Shown here one piece after another: positions 18,507 through 27,493 of a stretch of 53,022 bases of DNA. Within the stretch, counting starts at the first letter, position 1, and every line of letters starts with the position of its first letter. The notes under the pieces are model-generated. The model worked only from the letters and a program-made list of their open reading frames with translations, had not been told where the DNA came from and ran no database searches. Source of the DNA: a virus (Duplodnaviria > Caudoviricetes); IMG/VR virus record IMGVR_UViG_3300026551_000003, positions 1 through 53,022 of that record; one strand, 5' to 3'. The position numbers and the translations under genes are program-made.

Positions 18507-19215
18507 GAGTTTGCGCTCCGTAGATGAAGTTGTGTACCTGGATGTTGAGTCGCCAAGACACCTTGTGCTTCTTGATTAGGTCGACGATGTCCGTTGCGCC
18601 CCAGGCTCCTGGCTTGTCCCATACAGGACCAGCGAACACCTGGACGCCTGAGTCTTGAACGAGCGCCTCCCATACCTGAAGAGCGACGTTGAAGTCCTCC
18701 TCGTTGGCGATCGTGAACTTAACTGTACCCACACCGAAGTTAGACATGCGACGTAGGTTGCGTGAACGCTGTACTAGCCAGGTCGGCTCGCCTGAGCCTG
18801 GCAGCTTCCAGTCCATAACAGGCTCGAGACCGAGGTCGAAGAGCTTTTCGGGGATCTCGAGCGTCCCGTTGGTAAAGGCTTCCCAGTGCGCCTCCTCGTC
18901 GCGCATTAGTCGCACTGTCTCCAGAAGTGCATCGTTGTTCTGGAGGAAGGGTTCGCCACCAGTGAAGCAGACGTTAGTAGCGCCTGTCAGCTGACGGTGC
19001 TGCTTGATCTGAGCGACGAGCTCCTTAGGCCAGAATGGCTTCTGCTCCTCTCGGTACAGTTTCGGATCGATCGCGAACTGCGAGTCACATGGCCACAGTG
19101 CGCACTTCAGGTTGCAGCCGGCGAATCGTACGAACTGGGTCAGGTAGCCGACGCGAGGACCTTCTCCCTGAGTCGATACGTAGTGTTCGACTATACGGAG
19201 CGGTGTGCTTGCCAT
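18496..19215 (-). CDS. queE: 7-carboxy-7-deazaguanine synthase (radical SAM)
   Basis: STQGEG, FVRFAGCNLKCALWPCD (CX3CX4C), FTGGEP, TNGT and QVH; ATG at 19215 is the likely start. Confidence 0.95.
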   Translation of the reverse strand: MASTPLRIVEHYVSTQGEGPRVGYLTQFVRFAGCNLKCALWPCDSQFAIDPKLYREEQKPFWPKELVAQIKQHRQLTGATNVCFTGGEPFLQNNDALLETVRLMRDEEAHWEAFTNGTLEIPEKLFDLGLEPVMDWKLPGSGEPTWLVQRSRNLRRMSNFGVGTVKFTIANEEDFNVALQVWEALVQDSGVQVFAGPVWDKPGAWGATDIVDLIKKHKVSWRLNIQVHNFIYGAQTRGT

Positions 19216-19604
19216 CAGCTCACTCCGGCGTAGGTCGCCCACGTCTTCGGTGTCTCCGAGACGTAAATCACGAGTTCGTAGTTCTCGTGCTCCTCTCGGA
19301 TCTCTTCATCGAGTGCTACCTTGGCTCGATCCCAGAGCCACTTGGCAATGTTCTCGGCGGTTGGGTTGACGTTGAGTACGTCGTTCAGGCATCGGTGATC
19401 GAGCATGGTATCGAGTGCCGTCTTGAAGCCGTCGAGCTTGTTGTAGTCGAATACGAAGCCGACTTCGTCCACGTCGTTTGTAACGATCTCGAGCCTGATC
19501 GTGTAGTTGTGTCCATGTAGCCGAGCGCACGGGTGCGTTGGAGATAGGCCCCGCAGGTAGTGAGCTGCGGAGAGGGCGAACTCCTTCGAGATGGAGTAGG
19601 TCAT
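19215..19604 (-). CDS. queD: 6-carboxy-5,6,7,8-tetrahydropterin synthase
   Basis: SAAH, CARLHGHNY, LDHRCLN, PTAENIA and SETP. Confidence 0.96.
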   Translation of the reverse strand: MTYSISKEFALSAAHYLRGLSPTHPCARLHGHNYTIRLEIVTNDVDEVGFVFDYNKLDGFKTALDTMLDHRCLNDVLNVNPTAENIAKWLWDRAKVALDEEIREEHENYELVIYVSETPKTWATYAGVS

Positions 19605-19729
19605 TTCTTTCCTCCCAGAGCCCGACGTAGCATAGCAAGCATGAGTCGGTTGTTTCGGTTCTTTGCCTGCTTCGCTTGCCTTATCGGACTGTTGCGAATG
19701 CGCTTCTTCAAGCGCGTACGTCTGGTCAT
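19601..19729 (-). CDS. 42-aa highly basic peptide
   Basis: MTRRTRLKKRIRNSPIRQAKQAKNRNNRLMLAMLRRALGGKK; ATGA overlaps with both the queC stop and the queD start. Confidence 0.65.
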   Translation of the reverse strand: MTRRTRLKKRIRNSPIRQAKQAKNRNNRLMLAMLRRALGGKK

Positions 19730-20433
19730 ACCTTCACCTGCGACTTCCAGAAGCTGTTGTCCTCGTACTCGGTCTTGTCGTCGACCTTGGCGTCATGTAG
19801 AGCCTCGAGACGCTCGACGCAAGTACCACAGCGTCCGCAGTGAACCTTACCACCCTTGTAGCAGGACCAGGTAAGGTGTACAGGCACGTCGAGTCGCTTA
19901 GCCTCGCATGCGATGTCTGTCTTGGTCCAGTGAATGAACGGAAGCTCGAACTTCCAGTCCTGCTGAATGAAGCCCTCGTTTGCCCTGCGGATGACGTCCT
20001 CGAGTAGATGCCAGAACACAGGTCGGCAGTCGGGGTAGATGGCAGCGTCCCCGTTATGCGGAGCGGCAGCGACATAGTGGCCACCCTCTCCGATGCAGAT
20101 GCCTGCGGCGATGGAGGCCATGATCATGTTCCTGTTCGGAACGACTGTCGCCTTCATGGTGTCGGAGGCGTAGTGACCCTCTGGTACGTCGACGTCAGGG
20201 TTGATGAGTGACGAGTTAGAGTCTCGCATCTCGTTTCCGACGTCGATCAGATCGATCGCTTGCCAAGGAAGACCGAAACGCTCCGCTGCCTGGTTAGCGA
20301 AGTAGAGTTCCTTGGCATGGCGCTGAGCGTAGTTGAAGCTCAGAACGTGAGGCCTGTAGTTGTGCTTGACGAGATGGTACAGCATAGTAACGCTGTCGAG
20401 TCCACCACTGACGATTGCTACTCCATCGCTCAT
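19726..20433 (-). CDS. queC: 7-cyano-7-deazaguanine synthase
   Basis: SGGLDS, VPNRN, YPDCR, TWSCY and CGRCGTC. Confidence 0.97.
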   Translation of the reverse strand: MSDGVAIVSGGLDSVTMLYHLVKHNYRPHVLSFNYAQRHAKELYFANQAAERFGLPWQAIDLIDVGNEMRDSNSSLINPDVDVPEGHYASDTMKATVVPNRNMIMASIAAGICIGEGGHYVAAAPHNGDAAIYPDCRPVFWHLLEDVIRRANEGFIQQDWKFELPFIHWTKTDIACEAKRLDVPVHLTWSCYKGGKVHCGRCGTCVERLEALHDAKVDDKTEYEDNSFWKSQVKV

Positions 20434-22563
20434 TCGTTCTTCTCCAAGAGTGAGTTGTACGTTGTTGCTCTTCCCTCGCCACCCTTGGCAATCAGGCCTC
20501 GGGCGATGAGAGTCTTCTCGATGTCATCCATCTCTCTTGCGGTGAGATGGTAGGTCTGCATCAGCTTGGAACGGGCGAAGCTCTTACGCTTCTGAATGGC
20601 ATGTAGGATCAGCTCAATCTTGTGCTCGAGTGGTCCCTTGCCAACGTTGATGATGATGTCCTGTGCGTACCTCCTCCATACGTCGCCGTAAGCTGCTGCT
20701 CGTATAATGTCGCTTTCCTCAACGACAACAGTGCCCTCGAGACATCTTGAAGCCGCTAGTAGTATTGCAGCCTTGAGAATATTGACTGCGAGACGTACGT
20801 ACATTGGAACCATTGTGTCTCGTAGCTCAACGCCACTGTCTACTGCCAACTGTGTCAGAGTCTGCTCGACTACGTTGTACCTGGCCCACGCGCGTTCTGT
20901 CATCTTAGCGTCCACAGGAGCTGATTGTACTCCTACGACTTTGCCTTTGAACGTGATGGCCTCGGTGTGTTCATGAGCCTTGCTTATGTCTCTGAGTTCT
21001 TCTAGTATCCGATCTCGGCCCGTGCGGTTCTCTTCTTCGGGTGGTCCGAGAGGCCTAACCTTATTGACATCGCTCTCTGCCGGACTCGATGTCCTCGGTC
21101 GTTACGATTCGTTGCATCTTCGACTTGATACCGCCTGCGAAGAGGACGAGTCGTGGATCCTTGATGACGATCTCTTCCTTGCGCAAGAGTCGCTTTTGCG
21201 TTCTACCGTCGTACAGCTTAGTCAGGAACTCCTTAAAGCCTGACATATAGTCCTTCTTGGCCATCTGATCCATGAAGCCCGTGAACTCGTCACGAAGGAA
21301 TAGGCTTGTTCTTCCCGGCCTCGTCGACAGAGCTGTCATGAAGCCTTCGATCGATCCGTCCGTCGCTAGCAGGAGGCTGTCGTCGATTTCCAGAACTAGG
21401 TCCATCGCTAGGTCCATCGCCGTCGACTTCCGTGTCAACGTCGTGTCTGCAAGTATCATGAACCAGAGGTTCGGACAGATTGAGCCGTACCGAGTAGGCA
21501 GTTTGACAGAACCAGCAAGTAGGGTCGACAATGCTATGAAGGCGCCTGCTTCGTGATACTGGATTGCTGCGTCGCCTACTGTCTTCGCCCATTCGACATA
21601 TCTCTCTACGAACGACGGTTCCTGATCTAGTGCCTTACGTTCAGCCTTCGTGACCAAGGCCAACTCAGTTCCAGGTGGTAGAGTGGCCATCTTCGCTTGT
21701 TCTGAATGACGTGCAGATGCTCTACATACGTCCTTCCAAAGGCGTATGAAGTTGTCCCCGAACTTGTTGCAAGCTGCATCCCGACAGACTTGGAATGCTT
21801 CCGATAGCTGAAGTCCAGCTTCCAGACAGTACATTTCCAACCTGAAGAGAGCGGAGCTACGATCTGTTTCTGGGGTCCTGTGGAACAGTGTGAATGCTGC
21901 ACCGTTAATGCGGTGCCTGTACCTTTCAAGGATCTCCTCCCCTCTCTCCGGCACGAACTCTGGAAACGGTATGTCTAGGTATTCGTATCCTGCAACTTGA
22001 TCGTAACGATGATGGAACTCCTCAAGGGGATATACGTCATCGTTCCAGACCAAGACTCGTACCTTAGGCGCCTCCGCTCCTTGTCCGTACTTATAATTTC
22101 GAGTACCAGGAATCCTGAGTAGCTGCGTGAGATCCCATCCGCTTCGATCACTACCCTCGCTGGAATGGTGGTATGCCACTCGCCGTGCAGCATCTTCAGC
22201 ATCTTCTGGGTCTGCTGGTCGGTCCAGAGTCCAAAGCGCCTGGTAGTGTCCAGGACTCGTTTCATAAGCAATCGAGGGTTGTATGAGTAGATTGTTGGGG
22301 TGACAGCTATCCAGGTCAGCCCAGATACAGCCAACCGGACCCACGTTTGACTTGACACGTCTCGTCTCCTTCAGGAGCTGAGGACAGAAGTACACGTTCT
22401 CTACGAGTGCTCGAGAGCGAACTAGCTTCTCCGCCATCTTTGCGTCGTCGGGGTACGAGAAGAACTGCTCAGTGAACTTGCCTTCAGGCCTACGAGTAGC
22501 AATGCAGATATAGCCAGTCGTGTCTCCGTATGCTGTTGCGAAGAAGTCTACCAACCCTGACAT
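20430..22563 (-). CDS. Primase-helicase (RepB-like primase N-terminus, DUF3987-like NTPase C-terminus), split by a frame break at about 21080
   Basis: IWADLD, ETSPGHYQALW, LLRIPGTRNYK, RKSTAM and RDEF motifs in 21061..22563. A second frame is open from 21080 to 20430 (AESDVNKVRPLGPP...RL..N.LK.A...) and is ATGA-coupled to queC. Confidence 0.85.
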
Positions 22564-22591
22564 AGCAGATAAGGACTCCCGCCTGTAGAGT

Positions 22592-22613
22592 GGGGCCCTC
22601 CGGAGAGGGCCCC
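22592..22613 (-). terminator. GC hairpin after the SSB-like gene
   Basis: GGGGCCCTC-cgga-GAGGGCCCC. Confidence 0.6.
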
Positions 22614-22620
22614 GATCTGG

Positions 22621-23121
22621 TTACGGAAGGACAGATGACCTGGTCTTGCTCGGTCCTGCTGCGGGAGTGCCGGACTGCTGACCCTCGCGGAAGGGTGCGA
22701 AGCCACGAACCTCGATCCACGACATCGGGTCGTCTTCGGGGTTCTCGGCCTTCGCCTTCTTGTTGACGCCGCGACGCACCATCACGTGGCGACCGATGTA
22801 CATCTCAGGCGCGTCGGGGATGTCGAGGCCCTTACCCTTGTTCGCGTCCTCGTACATGCCGAGTGCCTTGAGGAGGTTGATGATCGTGTAGAGCGCACCT
22901 TCCCAGCAGCACGCGGTCCACTTGAGTTCGCGGTCGGCGTACGGACCGTCCTGCACCGTGGCGATGAACTTCAGGAGCGGCTTGCCAGGGTTCGCTTCGG
23001 ACTGTGACTCGGCGAACTCGACCTCGGTGATGATGGTGTGATACGAGCCGGAAGGGAGATAGCCGGTGCCATCGCCCGAAGACGCTTCTCGACCTGATAC
23101 GGTATTGACTTTGATTGCCAT
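22621..23121 (-). CDS. DUF669-like single-stranded DNA-binding protein
   Basis: LPSGSY---I-EVE---S...GKP-L-F---VQDG-Y--R; follows the Sak4-like ATPase. Confidence 0.75.
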   Translation of the reverse strand: MAIKVNTVSGREASSGDGTGYLPSGSYHTIITEVEFAESQSEANPGKPLLKFIATVQDGPYADRELKWTACCWEGALYTIINLLKALGMYEDANKGKGLDIPDAPEMYIGRHVMVRRGVNKKAKAENPEDDPMSWIEVRGFAPFREGQQSGTPAAGPSKTRSSVLP

Positions 23122-23137
23122 GTGACTTGTACCTTGT

Positions 23138-24091
23138 CTATTTGTGGATGAGCTCGAAAATGTCGTTCATGTTTGGATTCTGCACGACGAGCGGAAGGTT
23201 GCCTGAGCGATCCTTCGTTACGTATCCCTCGAGTGCGCCCGTCAGCAGCATCCGCCGAATCTCCGTCGGCTTGGTCTCGTCTCCTGCGTCGCCCTCCTTC
23301 GTGTATAGGTACATTACCTGGTCGAACAGGCCCGCTACCTGGTTCGCCAGCTTGCCGGGCAAGTCGGGACGCTTCCACATTACGCCCTTGTTGTCCCGCT
23401 CGGTAGTCTCGTGGCACAGGAAGATGAAGTTCATCGGTAGGTCACGGAACTGCCTCAGCGTCTTCCTCATGCGGTTGGTTGACGCGCCCCAATCGTGGAG
23501 ACCTGGTACGTCGGGGTCTCGGTCGGGGTGAGCGTTGAGCGTCTTCCCCATAACCCAGTCCATGTTGATCTTCTGCAGCTCAGTGCCAGTGTCGATCACG
23601 ACTGAACGAAAGTCGGGCTTGTCCTTGGAGTTGTAGCACTGGCGATCGAGTTCATCGTAGACCTGCTCGAACTGGATCCAGGTGATTGCGCCCTGTACCT
23701 CAGGATCGGGAATGATCATGATGTTCTCTTCGGCACGGAGCTTGGTCAGTGTCGAAGCTCCTGCCTCGGCGTTGATGTACAAGAGCGGCGCGAGATGCCT
23801 CGAGGCTGCACCTGTACCTGCGAGGTGTGTCTTACCGGAACCGGGCAACCCGTAGATCATGTTGTTGACGTAGGGCTTGCTCGCCTGGACAGGAGCTATG
23901 GGGATGTTCGCGAACATCCTTCGTGGCGCAGGCGTCTCCGCTACTGGGGTTGCTACGCGTGCTTCCTTCAGCTCTGCTTGCTTCTTATCCAGCGTAGCTG
24001 TTGACGCGCCCTTCTGGAACTCGAAGTCGTCTGGTAGCGTCTCGTCGGAGTCTAGGCCCGGAGGGTGATCTGCTCCGTCTGCATCGGTCAT
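23138..24091 (-). CDS. AAA_24 / Sak4-like ATPase (recombinase)
   Basis: Walker A YGLPGSGKT, Walker B VVIDT, FLCHE and KDR. Confidence 0.88.
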   Translation of the reverse strand: MTDADGADHPPGLDSDETLPDDFEFQKGASTATLDKKQAELKEARVATPVAETPAPRRMFANIPIAPVQASKPYVNNMIYGLPGSGKTHLAGTGAASRHLAPLLYINAEAGASTLTKLRAEENIMIIPDPEVQGAITWIQFEQVYDELDRQCYNSKDKPDFRSVVIDTGTELQKINMDWVMGKTLNAHPDRDPDVPGLHDWGASTNRMRKTLRQFRDLPMNFIFLCHETTERDNKGVMWKRPDLPGKLANQVAGLFDQVMYLYTKEGDAGDETKPTEIRRMLLTGALEGYVTKDRSGNLPLVVQNPNMNDIFELIHK

Positions 24092-25293
24092 CCGATACCC
24101 TTCTTGTCAGTTGATGCTTCGCGTAGTGCGTAGTACCTTGGTTTGATTTCGAACATTGTGTTAAGTGCATATTGGTAGTCGCCTCCCTGCTCCTTGTCGA
24201 GACACGGCTCTCTGTAGGCGCAGAAGCCACAGGAGAAGCGCCCAGGAGATGGGTACAATGCCAGGTCGGGATTCACCATCTCCTTGACGGTCTCGTAGAG
24301 GTGGACGCCGAAGTTGTCGAGTTGGATTGGTCTCTTGTAGACCTTATGGTCCTGAATGAAACAAGGACCTTCGGAGTCGAGCCAGGCTAGGTACTCATCG
24401 TAGAGACCTTCCCTGTATGCACCTGCATCCCGCTGCTGTACGGTACGACGAAAGGTAGCCGAGTCAGTATCTTGGCTCTGGCTGATACTGAACGATCTAC
24501 CCAAACGGACAACCTTGAGTTCCTTCGGAGGCTCAGGAAATCCCTTCTTCAGTTCTATGTACCTGAAGCCTCGGATGTTGAGTCCGAGTTGACGACGTAG
24601 TGCCCAGACGTAGCCTGTGACTTGGTCGTCGAGTTCGAGGATAACGTCGGAGTCTTCGTTCATCATTCGCTGGGTCGTCTTCCAATCGACGATCCAGTAG
24701 TCTCCGTGTCTGTCCCTAACGACAACGTCAATGCGCCCTTCGTAGACGACAGGTAGTCCTCGCCAGTTGTCACTCTCGACTATGTCGTCGACGAGTTTAT
24801 AGCCTGGAGCTGCACGCTCCTTGGCTCTACACTTGTCGCACTTGCAGTAGAGCTGATCTCCGAGTTCGTCGTTGATCGGGACTTGGAACTTGACCTCGAC
24901 GTAGATAGGAACGAACTCAGCTACAGGAAGGTGGTTCATGACGTACCAGTGAATCATTCCGCGACCGAGTTCTAGTTGCTTGTCGTAGTCTCGCTCTTCG
25001 TCGTTGCCCAGGCCCCTGTCTGAAAGTGCATAGAACGCCTTCTTCTGTCGTTGTGCCTCGTCGAAGAAAGCCGCCTCTGCAAACTGGGCGATGAGTTGTC
25101 TCGGTGCACCCCACGTCTCAGGATTGTACATTGCCTCCATAGCGCAGTGGAAGGCGATGCCGAACTCGAAGACGGACAGAGTCTTTGTAGGTTGCAAGTC
25201 TCTGCCGAACGACCAGTGCCAGCGCCGACGGCACGCTCGGAAGGATCGGAGTTCAGTAGTATGTACTTCATGCACTAGATCTGTCTCTTGCAT
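24088..25293 (-). CDS. PD-(D/E)XK Cas4/RecB-like exonuclease
   Basis: CRRRW, G-AFH, GRID...IVDWKT, Q---Y and C-terminal CGFCAYREPC. Confidence 0.9.
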   Translation of the reverse strand: MQETDLVHEVHTTELRSFRACRRRWHWSFGRDLQPTKTLSVFEFGIAFHCAMEAMYNPETWGAPRQLIAQFAEAAFFDEAQRQKKAFYALSDRGLGNDEERDYDKQLELGRGMIHWYVMNHLPVAEFVPIYVEVKFQVPINDELGDQLYCKCDKCRAKERAAPGYKLVDDIVESDNWRGLPVVYEGRIDVVVRDRHGDYWIVDWKTTQRMMNEDSDVILELDDQVTGYVWALRRQLGLNIRGFRYIELKKGFPEPPKELKVVRLGRSFSISQSQDTDSATFRRTVQQRDAGAYREGLYDEYLAWLDSEGPCFIQDHKVYKRPIQLDNFGVHLYETVKEMVNPDLALYPSPGRFSCGFCAYREPCLDKEQGGDYQYALNTMFEIKPRYYALREASTDKKGIG

Positions 25294-25319
25294 CTGAACT
25301 CCTTTGTGCTGATAACTTA

Positions 25320-25349
25320 AGTATATCTCAGTTCATACTAGGATATCAA
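25320..25349 (-). promoter_or_regulatory. Sigma70-type promoter for the replication/modification operon
   Basis: TTGATA-18 nt-TATACT on the minus strand in an AT-rich gap upstream of 25293. Confidence 0.7.
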
Positions 25350-25359
25350 GAGGTTCTTT

Positions 25360-25593
25360 TTACTGAGTTTTACTTCGGAGAGAGACCTGCATGTCGTCGT
25401 GCTCTAGCAGCTTTCGGACCTTGTCTTCGAAGCGCTTAGCTGCCTCTTCATCGTCGAACTCAACTTTGAGTTCGACTGAGACGCGCGTAACGTCGTAGGG
25501 AAAGTGAAGTGGGTTCCTTGGATACTGCCTAACTAGGTCCAGACTGTACATGACTAGTCCTGTCAAGGTCGACTTCGGTGATGCGATTGCCAT
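25360..25593 (-). CDS. Hypothetical protein
   Basis: RBS GGAGG; TAATG coupling. Confidence 0.65.
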   Translation of the reverse strand: MAIASPKSTLTGLVMYSLDLVRQYPRNPLHFPYDVTRVSVELKVEFDDEEAAKRFEDKVRKLLEHDDMQVSLRSKTQ

Positions 25594-25907
25594 TAGTCCT
25601 CCTGATAAGGATCGTCGTTGGGGTACCAGCCGCGACCCATGCAGCTACTACATTTGCGTGAGTTGGCCCTGGGTGGCTCGAACGTATCGACGTCTTCTTG
25701 CACGATCCGTAGATGCGTTGGGATTGGCCCCCAATCGCCATCGTATAGCGTCTGTATGCCAGCTGTGCAACGAGTGCAATCAACACGACGAGTGTTGATT
25801 GTGATGTGTTTGCCTGCGATGAAGTACTGAAACATACAGTACACGATAGTGCCTGTTACTACCGCGCAAGCCAGTAGCACTAGAATTACACCTAGGAGAG
25901 GCTTCAT
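25593..25907 (-). CDS. Membrane-anchored Cys-containing protein
   Basis: N-terminal transmembrane segment; CTRC and CSSCMGRG zinc-ribbon halves. Confidence 0.65.
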   Translation of the reverse strand: MKPLLGVILVLLACAVVTGTIVYCMFQYFIAGKHITINTRRVDCTRCTAGIQTLYDGDWGPIPTHLRIVQEDVDTFEPPRANSRKCSSCMGRGWYPNDDPYQED

Positions 25908-26572
25908 TACTCTCCTACCTTACCGAAGTCTACTCCCCAGACGTCACGTGACGGTACTGCTCCTTGAGAACCAAACGGTTGCAGTACCTGCACCGTTTCG
26001 ACTTTCCTGATGCGAGGGCCAGCAGGAGCGTCTCCCTCTGCCAGTGCTTGTGTCTCTTCAGGCGACAGAGCGTCTGCGACACTATGGGCCTTCTCACTCT
26101 CCAGGCTATGACTCGCCACGGGTTCCGTGTCTCCGAGATGTTCAGCCTGTGCCTCAGTCGCTGGCTCAGATGCATTCATCTTCTCCTTTAGCTCGTCGAG
26201 TAGGTTCTTGCAACCGATACCGACAAGCATGTTCTTGATGAAATCGCGAACGACGAAGCGATTGGGCTTCTTGCAACGTGCGTGTACGTACCAGCCGAAG
26301 CGTTCGGTGCGCATCCAGCTTTCTGTCGTAGACGAGAACTTGCCTCTGCTTGTGCCCCGCGACTTTCCAACGATGACACACTTGCAGTAGACAGTCGGTC
26401 GCGCGATGAGTGCTTCGATCCTGCTGCAAGCTGCCACGATGGCACCTGTAGCCATGACCTCCGTTGCTAGCCGCTCGTCCTCGCTACTCGTGTCCTGTGC
26501 AGCGAGGACACCCTCAACGAAGTGTTCGGCTGCATCGTTATCGTCGAAGTGTAGAACTACGACACGCGCCAT
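25907..26572 (-). CDS. Hypothetical protein
   Basis: 221 aa with TAATG coupling at both ends. Confidence 0.7.
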   Translation of the reverse strand: MARVVVLHFDDNDAAEHFVEGVLAAQDTSSEDERLATEVMATGAIVAACSRIEALIARPTVYCKCVIVGKSRGTSRGKFSSTTESWMRTERFGWYVHARCKKPNRFVVRDFIKNMLVGIGCKNLLDELKEKMNASEPATEAQAEHLGDTEPVASHSLESEKAHSVADALSPEETQALAEGDAPAGPRIRKVETVQVLQPFGSQGAVPSRDVWGVDFGKVGE

Positions 26573-26763
26573 TAGGCCTGTCCGCTCTGGTTGAGGATAT
26601 GCTCGTTACCATCAACGAACATGCGATGCCTATATTTCGCCTCGCATTGTATGGCTTCAGGGTGATAGTGCACCCTGTACGGGCCGAACCGCCTGGACTT
26701 CTCCTTGGCATCTCGGATGACCACCTTCTCATCCAGTGTAGGACTGACGTACATTTCATTCAC
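26572..26763 (-). CDS. Hypothetical protein
   Basis: Overlap-coupled to both neighbours. Confidence 0.55.
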   Translation of the reverse strand: MNEMYVSPTLDEKVVIRDAKEKSRRFGPYRVHYHPEAIQCEAKYRHRMFVDGNEHILNQSGQA

Positions 26764-27170
26764 GCCGTTCGTGCCTCCCTGAAGGCTGCCCCGACGAGTC
26801 GGAAGAACAGTCGGGTACGATGAAACTTCTTCCTCTTCTTGGCCTCGTCGATCCAGGCCTCGTCGAGGAACGTGACGGTCGCGTCGATGTCCTCCTCGTT
26901 GAAGTCATCGATTTTGACCGCCTGCATAGGACCGGTCTCGCTGACGCTGAACGTCGCAACGGGGCGAACGTCGATGAGCGGTACCGGAGGGAAGACGATT
27001 CGTCGTATCTGGACCCGAGTGATCTCGATGACCTCCTGGTACAGATGGCCCTGTAGCTCTGCTACGGTCTCGCTATTACCCCCCCAGTGGGTCAGAAGAT
27101 CAGCGAACATAGGAGAGTCAGCGACTCCGACTTCAATCGGGTACTCAGGGTCGAGAGCGCACAGTGTCAC
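26760..27170 (-). CDS. Hypothetical protein
   Basis: GTGA overlaps at both ends. Confidence 0.65.
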   Translation of the reverse strand: MTLCALDPEYPIEVGVADSPMFADLLTHWGGNSETVAELQGHLYQEVIEITRVQIRRIVFPPVPLIDVRPVATFSVSETGPMQAVKIDDFNEEDIDATVTFLDEAWIDEAKKRKKFHRTRLFFRLVGAAFREARTA

Positions 27171-27493
27171 TTCTGTATCCTTCCGTTGCTCTGGATGAGG
27201 TTCTCGCGAAGCTGTGCAGCGCCTTCTGCGATAGCCTCGTTGACCATTTCCTGCGTCGCGAACGGTGTCGTGACTGCCGAAAGCTGCGCTTGTGCGTCTG
27301 ACTGGTCGAGTAGCATACCCTTGGCCTGGTAGTAGACGCCGAAGCCTGGCCGCATTCCTAGTTCGGTCTGGACCGTCGGAATGGTCATGAACGACCAGCA
27401 GACGATCCTGAGGCCCAAAGTCTGAGTCCTTAGCGCCTCTTCGAACATAGGCTCGAGGCGCTCTTGGACGTTGAAGCAGTCCTTGTCAAGCAT
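27167..27493 (-). CDS. Hypothetical protein
   Basis: RBS GAGGAG; overlaps the helicase stop. Confidence 0.65.
   Translation of the reverse strand: MLDKDCFNVQERLEPMFEEALRTQTLGLRIVCWSFMTIPTVQTELGMRPGFGVYYQAKGMLLDQSDAQAQLSAVTTPFATQEMVNEAIAEGAAQLRENLIQSNGRIQK

Noticed and set aside
24088-25293. Cas4-like gene as a sign of a CRISPR system
   Set aside because: No repeat-spacer array or other cas genes; it sits in a normal nuclease, Sak4, SSB recombination module.
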